Source of the DNA: Chiloscyllium plagiosum
Lineage: Eukaryota
Length of the DNA: 64,000 nucleotides
Direction: 5' to 3'
Assembly (NCBI RefSeq): GCF_004010195.1
Contig: NC_057720.1
Location: 14,137,947-14,201,946 of the forward strand
Position numbers and translations under genes: made by a program. The notes under the pieces are model-generated. The model was given only the letters and a program-made list of their open reading frames with translations. It searched no databases and had not been told where the DNA came from. Shown piece by piece: positions 26,678 through 39,214 of this stretch. The stretch's first letter is position 1. Each line of letters begins with the position of its first letter.

Positions 26678-26771
26678 TTCCCATAGGAAGGAGACCAGAA
26701 CTGCTTGCAATATTCCAACAGTGGCCTAACCAATGTCCTGTACAGCCACAACATGACTTCCCAATTCCTGT

Positions 26772-26978
26772 GGGAGAAAGTGAGGACTGCAGATGCTGGA
26801 GATCAGAGCTGAAAATGTGTTGGTGGAAAAGCGCAGCAGGTCAGGCAGCATCCAAGGAGCAGGAGAATCGACATTTCGGGTATTATCCCTTCTTCAGGAA
26901 TGAGGAAAGTGTGCCCAGCAGGCTAAGATAAAAGGTAGGGAGGAGGGACTTGGGGAAGGGATAAAAGGTAGGGAGGAG
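26772..26978 (-). mobile_element. PLE pLTR insertion (family A) with 15-bp TSD
   Basis: TSD cttcccaattcctgt at 26757-26771 and 26979-26993. Carries a CUGAAGA..GAAA.GUC motif on -. Confidence 0.88.
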
Positions 26979-27876
26979 CTTCCCAATTCCTGTACTCAGT
27001 ACCAATAAAGGAAAGCATACCAAATGCCTTCTTCACTATCCTATCTACCTGCGACTCCACTTTCAAGGAGCTATGAACCTGCACTCCAAGGTCTCTTTGT
27101 TCAGCAACACTCCCGAGGACCTTACCATTAAGTGTATAAGTCCTGCTAAGATTTGCTTTCCCAAAACGCAGCATCTCGCACTTATCTGAATTAAACTCCA
27201 TCTGCCACTTCTCAGCGCATTGGCCCATCTGGTTAAGATCCTGTTGTAATCTGAGGTAACCCTTTTCACTGTCCACTACCCCTCCAATTATGGTGTCATC
27301 TGCAAATTTACTAACTGTACCTCTTATGCTCGCACCCAAATCATTTATGTAAATGACAAAAAGTAGAGGACCCAGCACCAATCCTTGTGGCACTCCACTG
27401 GTCACAGGCCTCCAGTCTGAAAAACAACCCTCCACCACCACCCTCTGTCTTCTACCTTTGAGCCAGTTCTGTATCCAAATGGCTAGTTCTCCCTTTATTC
27501 CATGAGATCTAACCTTTCTAATCAGGAACCTTGTCGAATGCCTTGCTGAAGTCCATATAGATCACATTTACTGCCCTGCCCTCATCAATCTTCATTGTTA
27601 CTTCTTCAAAAAACTCAATCAAGTTTGTGAGAAATGATTTCCCATGCACAAAGCCATGTTGACTATCTCTAATCAGTCCTTGCCTTTCCAAATACGTGTA
27701 CATCCTGTCCCTCAGGATTCCCTCCAACAACTTGCCCACCACCAACGTCAGGCTCACTGGTCTATAGTTCCCTGGCTTGTCTTTACCGCCCTTCTTAATC
27801 AGTGGGCTCTCACTAGCTTTAATCTTAAATACAACTTCTTGAGTCTAAGTTGCCTTCTTTAAAGCACTTGCATAAA

Positions 27877-27924
27877 ACATACATACATACATACATACAT
27901 ACATACATACATACATACATACAT
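27877..27924. repeat. (ACAT)n microsatellite
   Basis: About 12 perfect units. Confidence 0.97.
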
Positions 27925-28224
27925 TCTCTTTGACCCTGATTGAGTTTCTGCTTCCTTCCAGATTTCCCTCTGTAATCATGTGACACTGACATCTTTGCAG
28001 AATTGTTACAATGCAGAAGGAGGCCATTCAGCCCACTGAGCTTGCACCAGCTCTCTGAATGAGCATTGTGACTCAGTGCCATTTGACACCCACTCAAATG
28101 CTGCACATTGTTTCCATTCAAATAATCAACCAATGTGCTCTCAGTTTCCTTGATTAAAATTGCCAAATGTTATGTCATCAATATATGTTCTGCTGGTGTT
28201 TTATTTCTCTATATGTTTCATAAA

Positions 28225-28690
28225 ATGTAGAACAATAGCACAGGGACAGGCTCTTCAGCCCACCATTTTTGTGCAGCTCATGATTCTAAACTAATTCCAT
28301 CCGCTTGTACATGGTCCATATCCATCTATTCCCTGCCTGTTCATCTGTCAGACTAAATACCTCTTAAATGTCACTATCATATCTCTTCCTACCAACTCCA
28401 TGGCACCTACCACCCGTTGCGTAAAAGCTTGCTTCGAAAAGATGCCAATTATCTAAGCTATTCGTGGCTCTTAATTTAATATACATCTATCAGATTGCCT
28501 CTCAGTCTCTGATGCTTGAGCGAAAACAATCCAAGTTTGCCGAACCTCTCCTAACAGGAAGTTCTCTCCAATCCAGGTGACATCCTAGTAAACCTCCTTT
28601 TGAACTCTCTCCAAAGCCCCACATCTTTCCGATATTGCTGCAACCAGAACTGCACATAGCACTTCAAATGTGGTCTAACCAAAGCTCCAG
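28225..28690 (-). mobile_element. Older CR1 3' fragment
   Basis: ccagaactgcacatagcacttcaaatgtggtctaacc and decayed 3' UTR. Confidence 0.7.
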
Positions 28691-28738
28691 TGTTGCAAAT
28701 TCTATGTAAATTCAATGCAAATGTGGGAAAAGTTTACT

Positions 28739-29691
28739 TTTTGTCATTTACATAAATGATTTGGATGCGAGCATAAGAGGTACAGTTAGTAAGTTTGCAG
28801 ATGACACCAAAATTGGAGGTGTAGTGGACAGCGAAGAAGGTTACCTCAGATTATAACAGGATCTTGACCAGATGGGCCAATGGGCTGAGAAGTGGCAGAC
28901 GGAATTTAATTCACATAAATGCGAGGTACTGCATTTTGGGAAAGCAAATCTTAGCAGGACTTATACACTTAATGGTAAGGTCCTAGGGAGTGTTGCTGAA
29001 CAGAGACCTTGGAGTGCAGGTTCATAGCTCCTTGAAAGTGGAGTCACAGGTAGATAGGATAGTGAAAAAGGCATTTGGTATGCTTTCCTTTATAGGTCAG
29101 AGTATTGAGTACAGAGGTTGGGAGGTCATGTTGCGGCTGTACAGGACATTGGTTAGGCCACTGTTGGAATATTGCGTGCAATTCTGGTCTCCTTCCTATT
29201 GGAAAGATGTTGTGAAACTTGAAAGGGTTCAGAAAAGACTTACAAGAATGTTGCCAGGGTTGGAGGATCTGAGCTAGAGGGAGAGGCTGAACAGGCTGGG
29301 GCTGTTTTCCCTGGAGCATCGGAGGCTGAGGGGTGACCTTATAGAGGTTTACAAAATTATGAGGGGCATGGATAGGATAAATAGACAAAGTCTTTTCTCT
29401 GGGGTCAGGGAGTCCAGAACTAGAGGGCATAGGTTTAGGGTGAGAGGGGAAAGATATAAAAGAGACCTTAAGGGCAACATTTTCACCCAGAGGGTGGTAC
29501 GTGTATGGAATGAGCTGCCAGAGGAAGTGCAACATTTAAAAGGCATCTGGATGGGTATATGAATTGGAAGGGTTTGGAGGGATATGGGCTGGGTGCTGGC
29601 AGGTGGGACTAGATTGGGTTGGGATATCTGGTCAGCATGGATGGGTTGGACCGAAGGGTCTGTTTCCATGCTGTACATCTCTATGACTCTA
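28739..29691 (+). mobile_element. CR1 LINE 3' ~950 bp
   Basis: RDLGVQVHSSLKV...RPLLEYCVQFWSP...LERVQKR; ends ctctatgactcta. Confidence 0.95.
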
Positions 29692-29964
29692 AGTTGAAAT
29701 TTTCTGAGTGGCACATCTTATGGTTAGGATCAGATCCATCTCCTGCACCTTACATCTCCTATATCAGTGACCTTGTTTATAGTAGGATGTTTGTTTTTCG
29801 ATGTGTTAGTGACACATCCTGCTAAGTAAGTGCTGGGAATCATGCCCCACGATTCCCAGAGTCATCACATATTATCATGGATTTTAAAGAAATGTGCAAA
29901 ATCCACAAACTTAAGACAGTTCTGCTATAAATCCTTGATGGATCTTGAGATTAGAGACAGAAGT

Positions 29965-31802
29965 TTGATTAGTCTGGATCACGTTGGCATAAGTTGGGAA
30001 GATATGTTGGGTATGCTAGAGGTTATTAAGGTGGACAAATCCCCAGGACCGGATGGGATCTATCCCAGGTTGCTGAGGGAAGCGAGAGAGGAAATAACTG
30101 GGGCCCTGACAGATATCTTTGTGGCATCCTTAAATACAGGTGAGGTGCCGGAGGACTGGAGGGTTGCTCATGTTGTCCCTCTGTACAAGAAGGGTAGTAG
30201 GGATATTCCGGGTAACTACAGACCTGTGAGCCAGACGTCGGTGATGGAGAAGTTGCTGGAGAGGGTACTGAGAGATAGGATCTATTTATATTTAGAAAAG
30301 AATGTGCAGTGGAGGCCCACTCTCTGGATTCATTTAAGAAAGAGTTGGATAGAGCTCTCAAAGATAGTGGAATCAAGGGTTATGGAGATAAGGCAGGAAC
30401 AGGATACTGATTAGGAATGATCAGCCATGATTATATTGAATGGCGGTGCCGGCTCGAAGGGCTGAATGGCCTACTCCTGCACCTATTGTCTATTGTCTAT
30501 TGTCTGTCTATTGTCTAATGAGCAGTGATAGGCAACATGGTTTTGTGCGGGGGAGATCGTGCCTTACCACCATAGAATTCTTTGAGGAAATGACCAAGTT
30601 GTTAGATGAAGGAAGGGCTGTTTATGTCATATACATGGACTTTAGTAAGGTGTTTGATAAGGTTCCCCATTGTAGACTAATGGAGAAAGTGAAGTCACAT
30701 GGTGTGCAGGGTGTTCTAGCTAGATGGATAAAGAACTGGTTGAGCAACAGGAGATAGAGTGTAGTAGTTGAAGGGAGTTTTTCGAAATGGAGAAAGGTGA
30801 CCAGTGGTGTTCCGCAGGGGTCAGTGCTGAGGCCACTGTTGTTTGTAATATACATAAATGATCTAGAAGAGGGCACTGTTGGTATGATCAGCAGGTTTGC
30901 AAATGACACAAAGATTGGTGGAGAGGCAGAAAGCATAAGGGAATACAGGAGGATATGGATAGACTGGAGAGTTGAGCGGAAAAGTGGCAGATGGATTTCA
31001 ATGCAGACAAATGTGAGGTGATGCATTTAGGAAAGTCTAATTCTAGAGCGAATTATACAATAAATGGAAGAGCCTTGGGAAAAGTTGAAGGGCAAAGAGA
31101 CCTGGGAGTGCAGGTCCATTGTACCCTGAAGGTTGCGGCACAGGTGGATAGAGTGGTCAAGTAGGCATATAGTATGCTTGCCTTCAATGGACGGGGTATT
31201 GAGTATAAGAGCTGGCAAGTCATGTTAAAATTGTACAAGACATTGGTTCGGTCGCATTTAGAATACTGTGTACAGTTCTGGTCGCCACATTACCAAAAGG
31301 ATGTGGACACTTTGGAGAGGGTGCAGAGAAGGTTTACGAGGATGTTGCCTTGTATGGAAGGTGCTAGCTATGAAGAGAGGTTGAGTAGGTTAGATTTATT
31401 TTCATTAGAAAAAGGAGATTGAGGGGGGGCCTGATTGAGGTTTACAAAATCATGAAGGGTATAGACAGGGTGGATAGAGACAAGCTTTTTCCCAGGGTGA
31501 AGGATTCAATAACGAGAGGTCACGCTTTCAAGGTGAGAGGTAGAAAGTTTAAGGGGGATACACGCGGCAAGTACTTCACACAGAAGTGGTGGGGCGTTTG
31601 GAATGCGTTGCCAGCAGAGGTGGAAGAGGCAGGCACGGTAGATTCATTTAAGATGCGTCTGGACAGATGCATGAGTTGGTGGGGAACAGAGGGATACAAA
31701 TGCTTCTGAATTGACTGACAAGTACATTTGGATCAGCTCAGGCTTGGACGGCCGAAGGGCCTGTTCCTGGGCTGTAAATTTTCTTTGTTTCTTTGTTCTT
31801 TG
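29965..31802 (+). mobile_element. CR1 LINE (second subfamily) with a nested CR1 3' piece at ~30304-30517
   Basis: [55 protein letters not shown]; (ttctttg)n tail. Confidence 0.95.
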
Positions 31803-31807
31803 TATAA

Positions 31808-31980
31808 CACAGTAGTTCCGTTCTCATGCAATCTTGTGTTATAAGAAAATTGTGTCAGAATCGCGTTATAACCAATAAACACTTTAAACCTTCACACAAA
31901 AGGAACAGTGTCCTGGTTCATCAAGCGTATTATAGCAAATTTGTGTTAATGAAGTGTACATTATAGCAGAACAACATGTA
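31808..31980. mobile_element. Tigger-type MITE (degraded)
   Basis: Shares gcgttata.ccaa and the ttatagcagaac..tgta terminus with 21250-21449. Confidence 0.55.
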
Positions 31981-32766
31981 CCTCATTTTCAGACTCTGAT
32001 AGAAAGCATGTGCCCCATTTCTGTATTTAACAAAAATCACTATTTATTTAGATCAATAGGTTAAATAAACGCAATGAAACAAAACTCTAAACCCCTTATT
32101 AATTCCTCTTTAGATATAATCAGACAGCCATAAACAGGAAAGAAAATCACACAGACAGAGAGAAATTGGTTAAAAAAGTGTTATCTCTTCTTTGTTCCCA
32201 AGATCTGTTGGTTTAGCTCATGCGGATGTAAAGATTTCTCTGCAACCTTCTTTTTCCCAAATACTTCCACTGGTTTACATGACACACACGGTGGCTGGTT
32301 CACTTCTGACCTACCTTTTACAAAGTTGCAACTTACCTCTGCTGAAGCAAAGACCTGCTTATTTTCTGCAAGTCTGAAGTGGCTTGCTGCAGAGAACAGA
32401 GAGAGAGAGAGAGAGAGCTTACTGGTTTCTTTTCTGATCTGACTTAACTTCACACAGCCTTACTCCCAACTCAATCTATTTAGTTACGTGACAAACAATC
32501 ACAAATTTCGCCAGGCAGAGGGCCTTTGTCATTGATAATTGGTCCCGAATACACAAACAAATCAGCTTCGCTGGTAAACGATCCCCTGGCTCCAGTTTTT
32601 CTGCACTTCGCTGGAACCCACGGCCTCACAGAGTTCATAAAAGATATCAAAATCATTGCTTTCAAAAATGCTCCCATCCTTGTAAATCTATGTTCTTTTA
32701 AACAAGCCTTTCTTGTTTCAGAGAAAATAGCACAAAAATTAAAAGACACAGCCTTTGCAGTTAGAA

Positions 32767-32920
32767 TCGAGAGTGTGATGCTGGAAAAGCACAGCAGGTC
32801 AGGCAGCATCTGAGGAGCAGGAGATTCTCCTGCTCCTCGGATGCTGCCTGACCTGCTGTGCTTTTCCAGCATCACACTCTCGACTCTGATCTCCAGCATG
32901 TGCGGTCCCCACTTTCTCCT
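32767..32920 (+). mobile_element. Fold-back PLE element, family A, 14-bp TSD
   Basis: 58-bp arms at 32767-32824 and 32826-32883, 37-nt tail, TSD ctttgcagttagaa/ctttgtagttagaa. Confidence 0.92.
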
Positions 32921-34073
32921 CTTTGTAGTTAGAACCTATTGAAGAGCAGGATAAGCAAGAAAAAGTTACGAGTTGGAAGAAACCTGGGTGAAATGTAGAG
33001 CAAGTAGAGCTGAAGGGTGTGGTGAGGTTGGAGAAGGGAAGTGTACAATCATACAGCTGAGGCTACAAGGAGGTCATGTGGTTTTAAGAGCTGAGTGTGG
33101 GAGAAGCAGCAGTGCCTCTGGGTTCTTGGAGTACTGGGAAATGTGCCCTGAAGATCTGGAATCCTGGGGAATTGTAACTCGTACGTCAGGCATATTGAAA
33201 TGATGGCAGGCTGGTGCTGGGCTTTAACATTGGTCAGACAGTGGTCCAGGATTTCTGATGCACTGGAATTGAGTGTAAGACTATTGGAAAGGAAGATTTC
33301 TGGAAGTGGAAAATACCACAATGTTTATCCTGCAGGTCTAGAAAAATGAGAAAGAAGTGTCATGTCGATAGAGGAGTGCAACTTGGTGGAATCAATGAGC
33401 AAGGGGCTGAGAATGGTGAACTTGATAAGCTGCTGGTTTCATAGTGTAGGATGTTGATGTTTCTTTAATCTGGAGGACAACTGCTGTCAGAGTGAGGGTT
33501 GTGCATGCTGATAGCAGAGAAGGCAAGTTGCTCATGATGTGCAAGACAGCTTGAGGGTCAGGGATGAACAGAGGAGTGATCTCGCTTTCCAGGATTGAAT
33601 GGATTGCATCTATACAGGGACCCAGGTGTATAGTAGCACTTGGCACTTTCATGGGTCTGGTAATCATTTTACACGCAACTGGAGTGTGGAAGAATAAAGT
33701 TTGCGAGCTTTGATGAGTTCATGTTTCTGACATCAAATTCTCCACAAAAGCTTTCAGCTACTATTTATGCTGGTTAATGCTCACACATTATAAATGTCAA
33801 CTGTAGACCAACAATTACAATGTAGGATCGCAAAAATGTCAATGCATCAGATCACAGCTCCTTGCTGATGGCTGAGTAAGCCATTACCGAGAAGCAGCAC
33901 TGCCTCACCAAGAGAAATACAATCATCTCATTTTCAGCCTTGAAGTGGAATCCAGCTTTAAATTGTGTAAACTATTACTTGAGTTTATATATTTGTATTA
34001 ACAAGGCTCAATATTCCTGATATATTGGTACCAGCACGCTCACTTTTTAGTCAGAATGTCAGGGCTTGAGCAC

Positions 34074-34287
34074 ATTCTGGATCAGTGGTGCTGGAAGAGC
34101 ACAGCAATTCAGGCAGCATCCGAGGACAGGCAAAATCGACGTTTCGGGCAAAAGCTGATTCCTGATGAAGGGCTTTTGCCCGAAACGTCGATTTTGCCTG
34201 TCCTCGGATGCTGCCTGAATTGCTGTGCTCTTCCAGCACCACTGATCCAGAATCTGGTTTCCAGCATCTGCAGTCATTGTTTTTACC
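34074..34287 (+). mobile_element. Fold-back PLE element, family A, 12-bp TSD
   Basis: Perfect ~80-bp inverted arms, 34-nt tail, TSD gggcttgagcac at 34062-34073 and 34288-34299. Confidence 0.95.
34158..34193 (+). ncRNA. Minimal hammerhead-ribozyme motif
   Basis: CUGAUGA (34162-68), stem II GGGC/GCCC, GAAAC, GUC (34187-89). Stem I is weak. Confidence 0.7.
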
Positions 34288-34709
34288 GGGCTTGAGCACG
34301 TCAGCTGAAACCCAAGGTTGCAATGGAGAAGTTTTGCGTTGTCTGAGGTACCAATTTTCAAATGAGGCATTAAAGCCCCCGACTGCTGTCTGAGGTGCAC
34401 ATTAAATATCCCATGGAACTAATGTAATGAATGAGGAGGGGCTGGGGGAGTGGGGAGTACTCCTGGTTGCCCATCATCCATCTATCACACATCATCCGAA
34501 GAAACAGATGAACTGACCATTATCTCACTGCTTTGAATGGAGTCCTGCTGTGCACAATGTACCTGCCATTCTTCCAGGAAATGTTCTTTCCTTTTTCTTT
34601 CAAAAATAAATCAAGTACCAATGTTAAGCATTGTTTCTCAAGCTAGATTGGTTGTGAAGAATTACAATTTCAGTCCCGCCAATGTTATGTCAAAACTGCA
34701 GACAGTAGC

Positions 34710-35075
34710 TGAAATAACTCAACAGAGGCCGATGACAAGTCACCCTGTGGTACATCACTAGTCACAACCCTCCATTCCAAAAAGCATCCTTTCCCCACTA
34801 CCCTCTGTCTTCTATGACTAAGCCAGTTCTGTATCCATCTTGCCAGCTCACCACTGATACCAGTGGTCAGTCCTGTCAACAAGTCACCCTTTATTTACAT
34901 AGTACATGACAGGGACCCAGTTAGCTCAGGGCCGGCTCCTGGAGTGAACAGAACCTCTGACACTCTAGTTTACATCTGTCAGCCAGGGCTCCCTGATTGG
35001 GGCTATTAAACTGGTCCAATCAGGGGACTCATATTCTATGATGTCCATCTGGCTAACCTCATTCCAATCACTACA
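34710..35075 (-). mobile_element. Probable solo LTR carrying a captured CR1 piece
   Basis: TG...CA ends (tgtagtgattgg...ttatttca on -), CCAAT motifs, AATAAA on - at ~34892. No TSD seen. Confidence 0.6.
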
Positions 35076-35504
35076 ACATTGCGACAAAAAACACACACAC
35101 CAAGGATGGTCCCTTGGTGATCTTACAGGGGTTACATTCTGCAAGAAACAGGCCACAGCTGTGCAGAGATCTTAAAGGGATGATGGACTGCAACAAACAG
35201 GTTATGCCCATCAAAGAGACATTAAAGGCAATAATGGACCCAATCCATTCCTGCTGTCTTCACCCATGAAATGCAGTACAGGGAGAAAAAATTGGCTCCA
35301 TCAGGTTAGCATTCTCAAAATGAAAATAATTTGCAGCTGTAGCTGTATAGAAGATTAAAAGTAGAAGTTTTGGAATAGAGATGTGAGCATCTGAAAACAG
35401 ATGATGGCTTAACATTTTTAATTTGGTTTCGCCCAACTCGCGTTCTTGCTAATCATGCATGCTTGAACTAAGCCACCTTTTCCTTATTTCACAGACCAAT
35501 CAAG

Positions 35505-37088
35505 GTATCTAGATCCCTATTAAGGTAGATAAGTCCTCAAGTCCTGATGGAATCTTTCCCAGAATACTGAGGGAGGCAAGAGAACAAATTGCTGGAGCAC
35601 TGACAGACATCTTTGTATTCTCTTTGGCCACAGGTATGGACTCTGATTGGAGGACTGGAGAATAGCCAATGTTGTCCCACTGGTGAGGAAGAGTAACAGG
35701 AATAATCCAGTAAATTACAGGCATGTAAGCCTCACATCGGTAGTAGGGAAATTATTGGAAAAGATTTTCAGGGACACGATGCATATGCATTTAGAAGCAA
35801 ATGGACCTACTAGTGACAGACAGCCTGGATACGTGTCGTGGGGGTCATGCCTCACAAGCTTGATTCAGGTTTTTGAAGAGGGAAGAGCAACTGATGTTGT
35901 CTACATGGACTTCAGGAAAGCCTTTGACAAGGTCCCTCACGGAAGGCTGGTACAAAACGTGAAGTCACATGGTATCAGTGGTGAGCTGGCAAGATGGATA
36001 CAGGACTGGCTTAGTCATAGAAGACAGAGGGTAGTGGGGGAAGGATGCTTTTTGGAAAGGAGGGTTGCGACTAGTGATGTACCACAGGGATCAGTGCTGG
36101 AATCTCTGCTGTTCAAGATCGATATTAACGATTTGGAGGAAAATGTAGCTGATCTAATTAGTACGTTTGAGAACCGTACAAAGAGTGGTGGTGTTATAGA
36201 TAGTGAGGAGGATTGTCAATGGGTACAGCATGATATAGATCAGTTGGAGGCATGGGCAGAAAAATGGCAGATGAGTTTAATTTGGACAAATATGAGGTGA
36301 TGCATTTTGGAAGGTCAAGTACAAGTGAGAAATTATACAGTGTATGGCAAACCCCTCAGATGTATTGATATGTAGAGGGATCTGGATGTGCAGGTCCACA
36401 GATCACTGAAGGTGGCAGCGCAGGTAGATAAGATAGTAAAAAAGGCTTGTGGCATGCCTTTTTATTGGAAAGCGCATTGAGTACAAGGATAGACAAGTTG
36501 TACTGCAGCTTTTTAGAACTTTGGTTAGGCCACACTTGAAATATTGCACACAGTTCTGGTGACCAGAAGGATGTGGATGCTTTGGAGAGAGTACAGAAAA
36601 GGTTTACCAGGAAGTTGCCTGGTATGGGGGATTTTAGCTATGAAGGAAGGTTGTTAGACTGGTTTGTTTTCACTGGAACGTAGGAGGAGGAGGGATGACC
36701 TGATCGAAGTTTATAAGATTGTGGATAGCATGGGTACAGTGGAAAATACGAGGCTTGTTCCCCAAGTTGAAGGGGTCAATCACTAGGGGACACAGATTCA
36801 AGGTGAGTTGCAGAAAATGTATAAAACAGATGTATAAAAGATGTGCAAGGCAAGTTTTTCACACAAAGGGTGGTGAGTGTCTGGAATGCACTGCCAGAGG
36901 AGGTGGTGGAAGCAGACACTAGCAGCATTTAAGAAGCACCTGGATGAATACATGAATAGGAAAGGAATAGAGGGATACGAATCCTATAAGTGAAGACGGT
37001 TTTAGTATGGAAGGGCAAAATGTGGCTGTGCAGGCTGAGAGGGCTAAAGGGCCTGTTCCTGTGATGTATTGTTCTTTGTTCTTTGTTC
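35505..37088 (+). mobile_element. CR1 LINE RT region and 3' end
   Basis: EDWRIANVVPL..NYRHVSLTSVVGKLLE..YMDFRKAFDKVPHGRL..DVPQGSVL; (ttctttg)n tail. Confidence 0.93.
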
Positions 37089-37139
37089 AGTTAAGGTGGA
37101 GCTCCAGGCTTTCCCCAGCGTCACTGGGCAAAGTAATCA

Positions 37140-37405
37140 AGTAAAGTGGCAGAAGGATTAGAGAGGACATGAGGAAAAACATATATACAAAGAGGGTGGT
37201 GAGAGTCTGGAATTCGCTCATTGAGTTGTTAGTGGTGACCCTAAACTCTTTTAAAACCTATCTGGATCTGCAACTTACATTTTTGTAAACTGCAGGGCTA
37301 TGGGACATGTGCAGGAAGATGGAATTAGAAAGGGCATCTGGAATGGCATGGACAAGATGTGTCAAATGCTTCCTCTTTTGTGCTGTACCATTGCTATGGC
37401 TCTAA
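37140..37405 (+). mobile_element. CR1 3' fragment (old)
   Basis: gaggaaaaac...agagggtggtgagagtctggaattcgct. Confidence 0.6.
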
Positions 37406-37422
37406 TCAGTACCATCACTAGG

Positions 37423-37753
37423 GGAGCACGGTGGCCCAGCGGTTAGCACTGCTGCCTCACAGCGCCAGTGATCCTAGTTCAGTTCTAGTCCCGGGCGACT
37501 GTGTAGAACTTGCACATTCTTCCCGTGTCTGTGTGGGTTTCCTCCAGGTGCTCTGGTTTCCTCCCACAGTCCAAAGCTGTGCAGGTAAAGTGGATTGGCC
37601 CACACTAAATTGCCCGTAGTGTTCAGGGATGTGCAGGCTAGGTGGATTTTCCATGGTTAATGCAGGGATCGTTCTGGGTGGAATGCTGTTTGGAGGGTCA
37701 GCATGGACTCGATGGGCAGAATGGCCTGCTTCCATGCTGTCAGGATTCTATGA
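37423..37753 (+). mobile_element. HE1-like SINE
   Basis: gcacggtggcccagcggttagcactgctgcctcacagcgcc...ctcccacagtccaaag...ggattctatga. Confidence 0.88.
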
Positions 37754-39214
37754 TCAGTGGCCCCTGTTAAATGGTGAACCAAGACCTAAACTAAAATCAG
37801 TGCTTCTGTATATCCAGCAGTCATAGGGTGAATGTTCCTCATGAGTGTCAGGGAGCTATGAGCATACTAGGGTGGTGGGTGCTGGAGATTCCCTCAATAG
37901 GGTCGCCTACTTGGGGACAACATAGGCCCAAGAATGGCTCCCAGCCACAGTATATCCCTGATTATTTCCCCTCCATTGATCATGTCCTTACTGGCTTGGG
38001 CCTGTTCTTTCAGCACTGAAGGAGCTGTGAAGGTTTCTAGCACTTTCCATGTATATACATATATATTTTAATTAACTGCATCGTCAAAAATAAATATATC
38101 AACATATCAAGGTGCACGCAGACTGTAATAAGCAGCAAAGGCCTCTGACAGTGAATGATAAAAGTGGTGCTGGAGTTCAGAGATATTGCCCAAAAATTGC
38201 CAGATTCATTAGCTCTGCTCAGCTGCACATAAAAATAATTCAGTAACATATTTGATTTTAAAAACTAAGAGTAATTGAGTAAATTTCCAGTCTTGAAACA
38301 CCCTCTCTTGCTGAATTAAACTGCTTTGTTTTATGAATTAATTCAGATATTAAAATTAAATTTCAATGCAAAGCTCAGTTATTAGTTTCACAAAATAAAT
38401 GTGAACACTCAAATTAAATATTCACTGTAGGCTGTCTTCCAATAAAATAGAATTTGGCCTTTGAAGTGTTTTTATTAATCTCCTCTGATGTGCAAGTTCT
38501 TTAAATTCCATGAATGTGCAACGCTACTGCCAGTTCAGTGCCTCACTTGCTTTAATTTATTTTCAGGATAAATTCTATTTATAATGAAAATCTTATTAAA
38601 ACTGGACAAGAAAAATTAGTCTATAGCCTTGCCTTGCTGGGATAAAAACAAAATGACTGACCTAAGTTGAAATGACATTTACAAATTACCTGTTAATTTA
38701 AACTGGGTTGAAGGATGACAGAGTTGAGTTAGACTGACAGTAAGTTCCCACAGACTGACAGCTGTGGCCCAATGACTGTAAAGCTCCTGCAGTTAGCACA
38801 TTTATCCATGTTGACAAGGAAAACTTCATAAGGAATAAATTCCGCAAAAAATAAAATCTTTGCATCAAAACGCTAAGGATGAGAGGGTGCTCTGAGACCA
38901 CATGGGAAACCTGTCTCATGCTCTAAGCCATTGCATGTGGCCCTGGACTACAGTTAATAAAGCAATAAGGCAGGACCCTGACTTTTTAATGATTGTCGAC
39001 ACAATCTGACAGGACCTTGCCCTGTTCAGAGTGGCTGCAGGACACCAGTTGCCCTGTAACCTAGAGTCATACTCCCTGGGACAGCCATCATTAAACATCA
39101 CAGTCAAACACCACATTCGCCTGAATGAAGTGATTCAAACAGAACTATCCTATGAGTAGGTTTTTATTTACTTCTATGTTTATATTTTTGTAAGAAATTA
39201 CAGCATACTAACAT

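Larger units (their letters stand above)
25866..27805 (-). mobile_element. CR1 LINE (RT and 3' end) with nested SINE and PLE
   Basis: [60 protein letters not shown]. Confidence 0.95.

Noticed and set aside
32767..32920. Hairpins as DNA-transposon MITEs
   Set aside because: The asymmetric tail, variable 12-15 bp TSDs and identity to a PLE pLTR argue for a retroelement origin.
32970..33680. Possible old LINE remnant / 91-aa ORF
   Set aside because: No motif that I can identify with confidence.
34051..34400. Similar ORFs on both strands
   Set aside because: A direct consequence of the palindrome.
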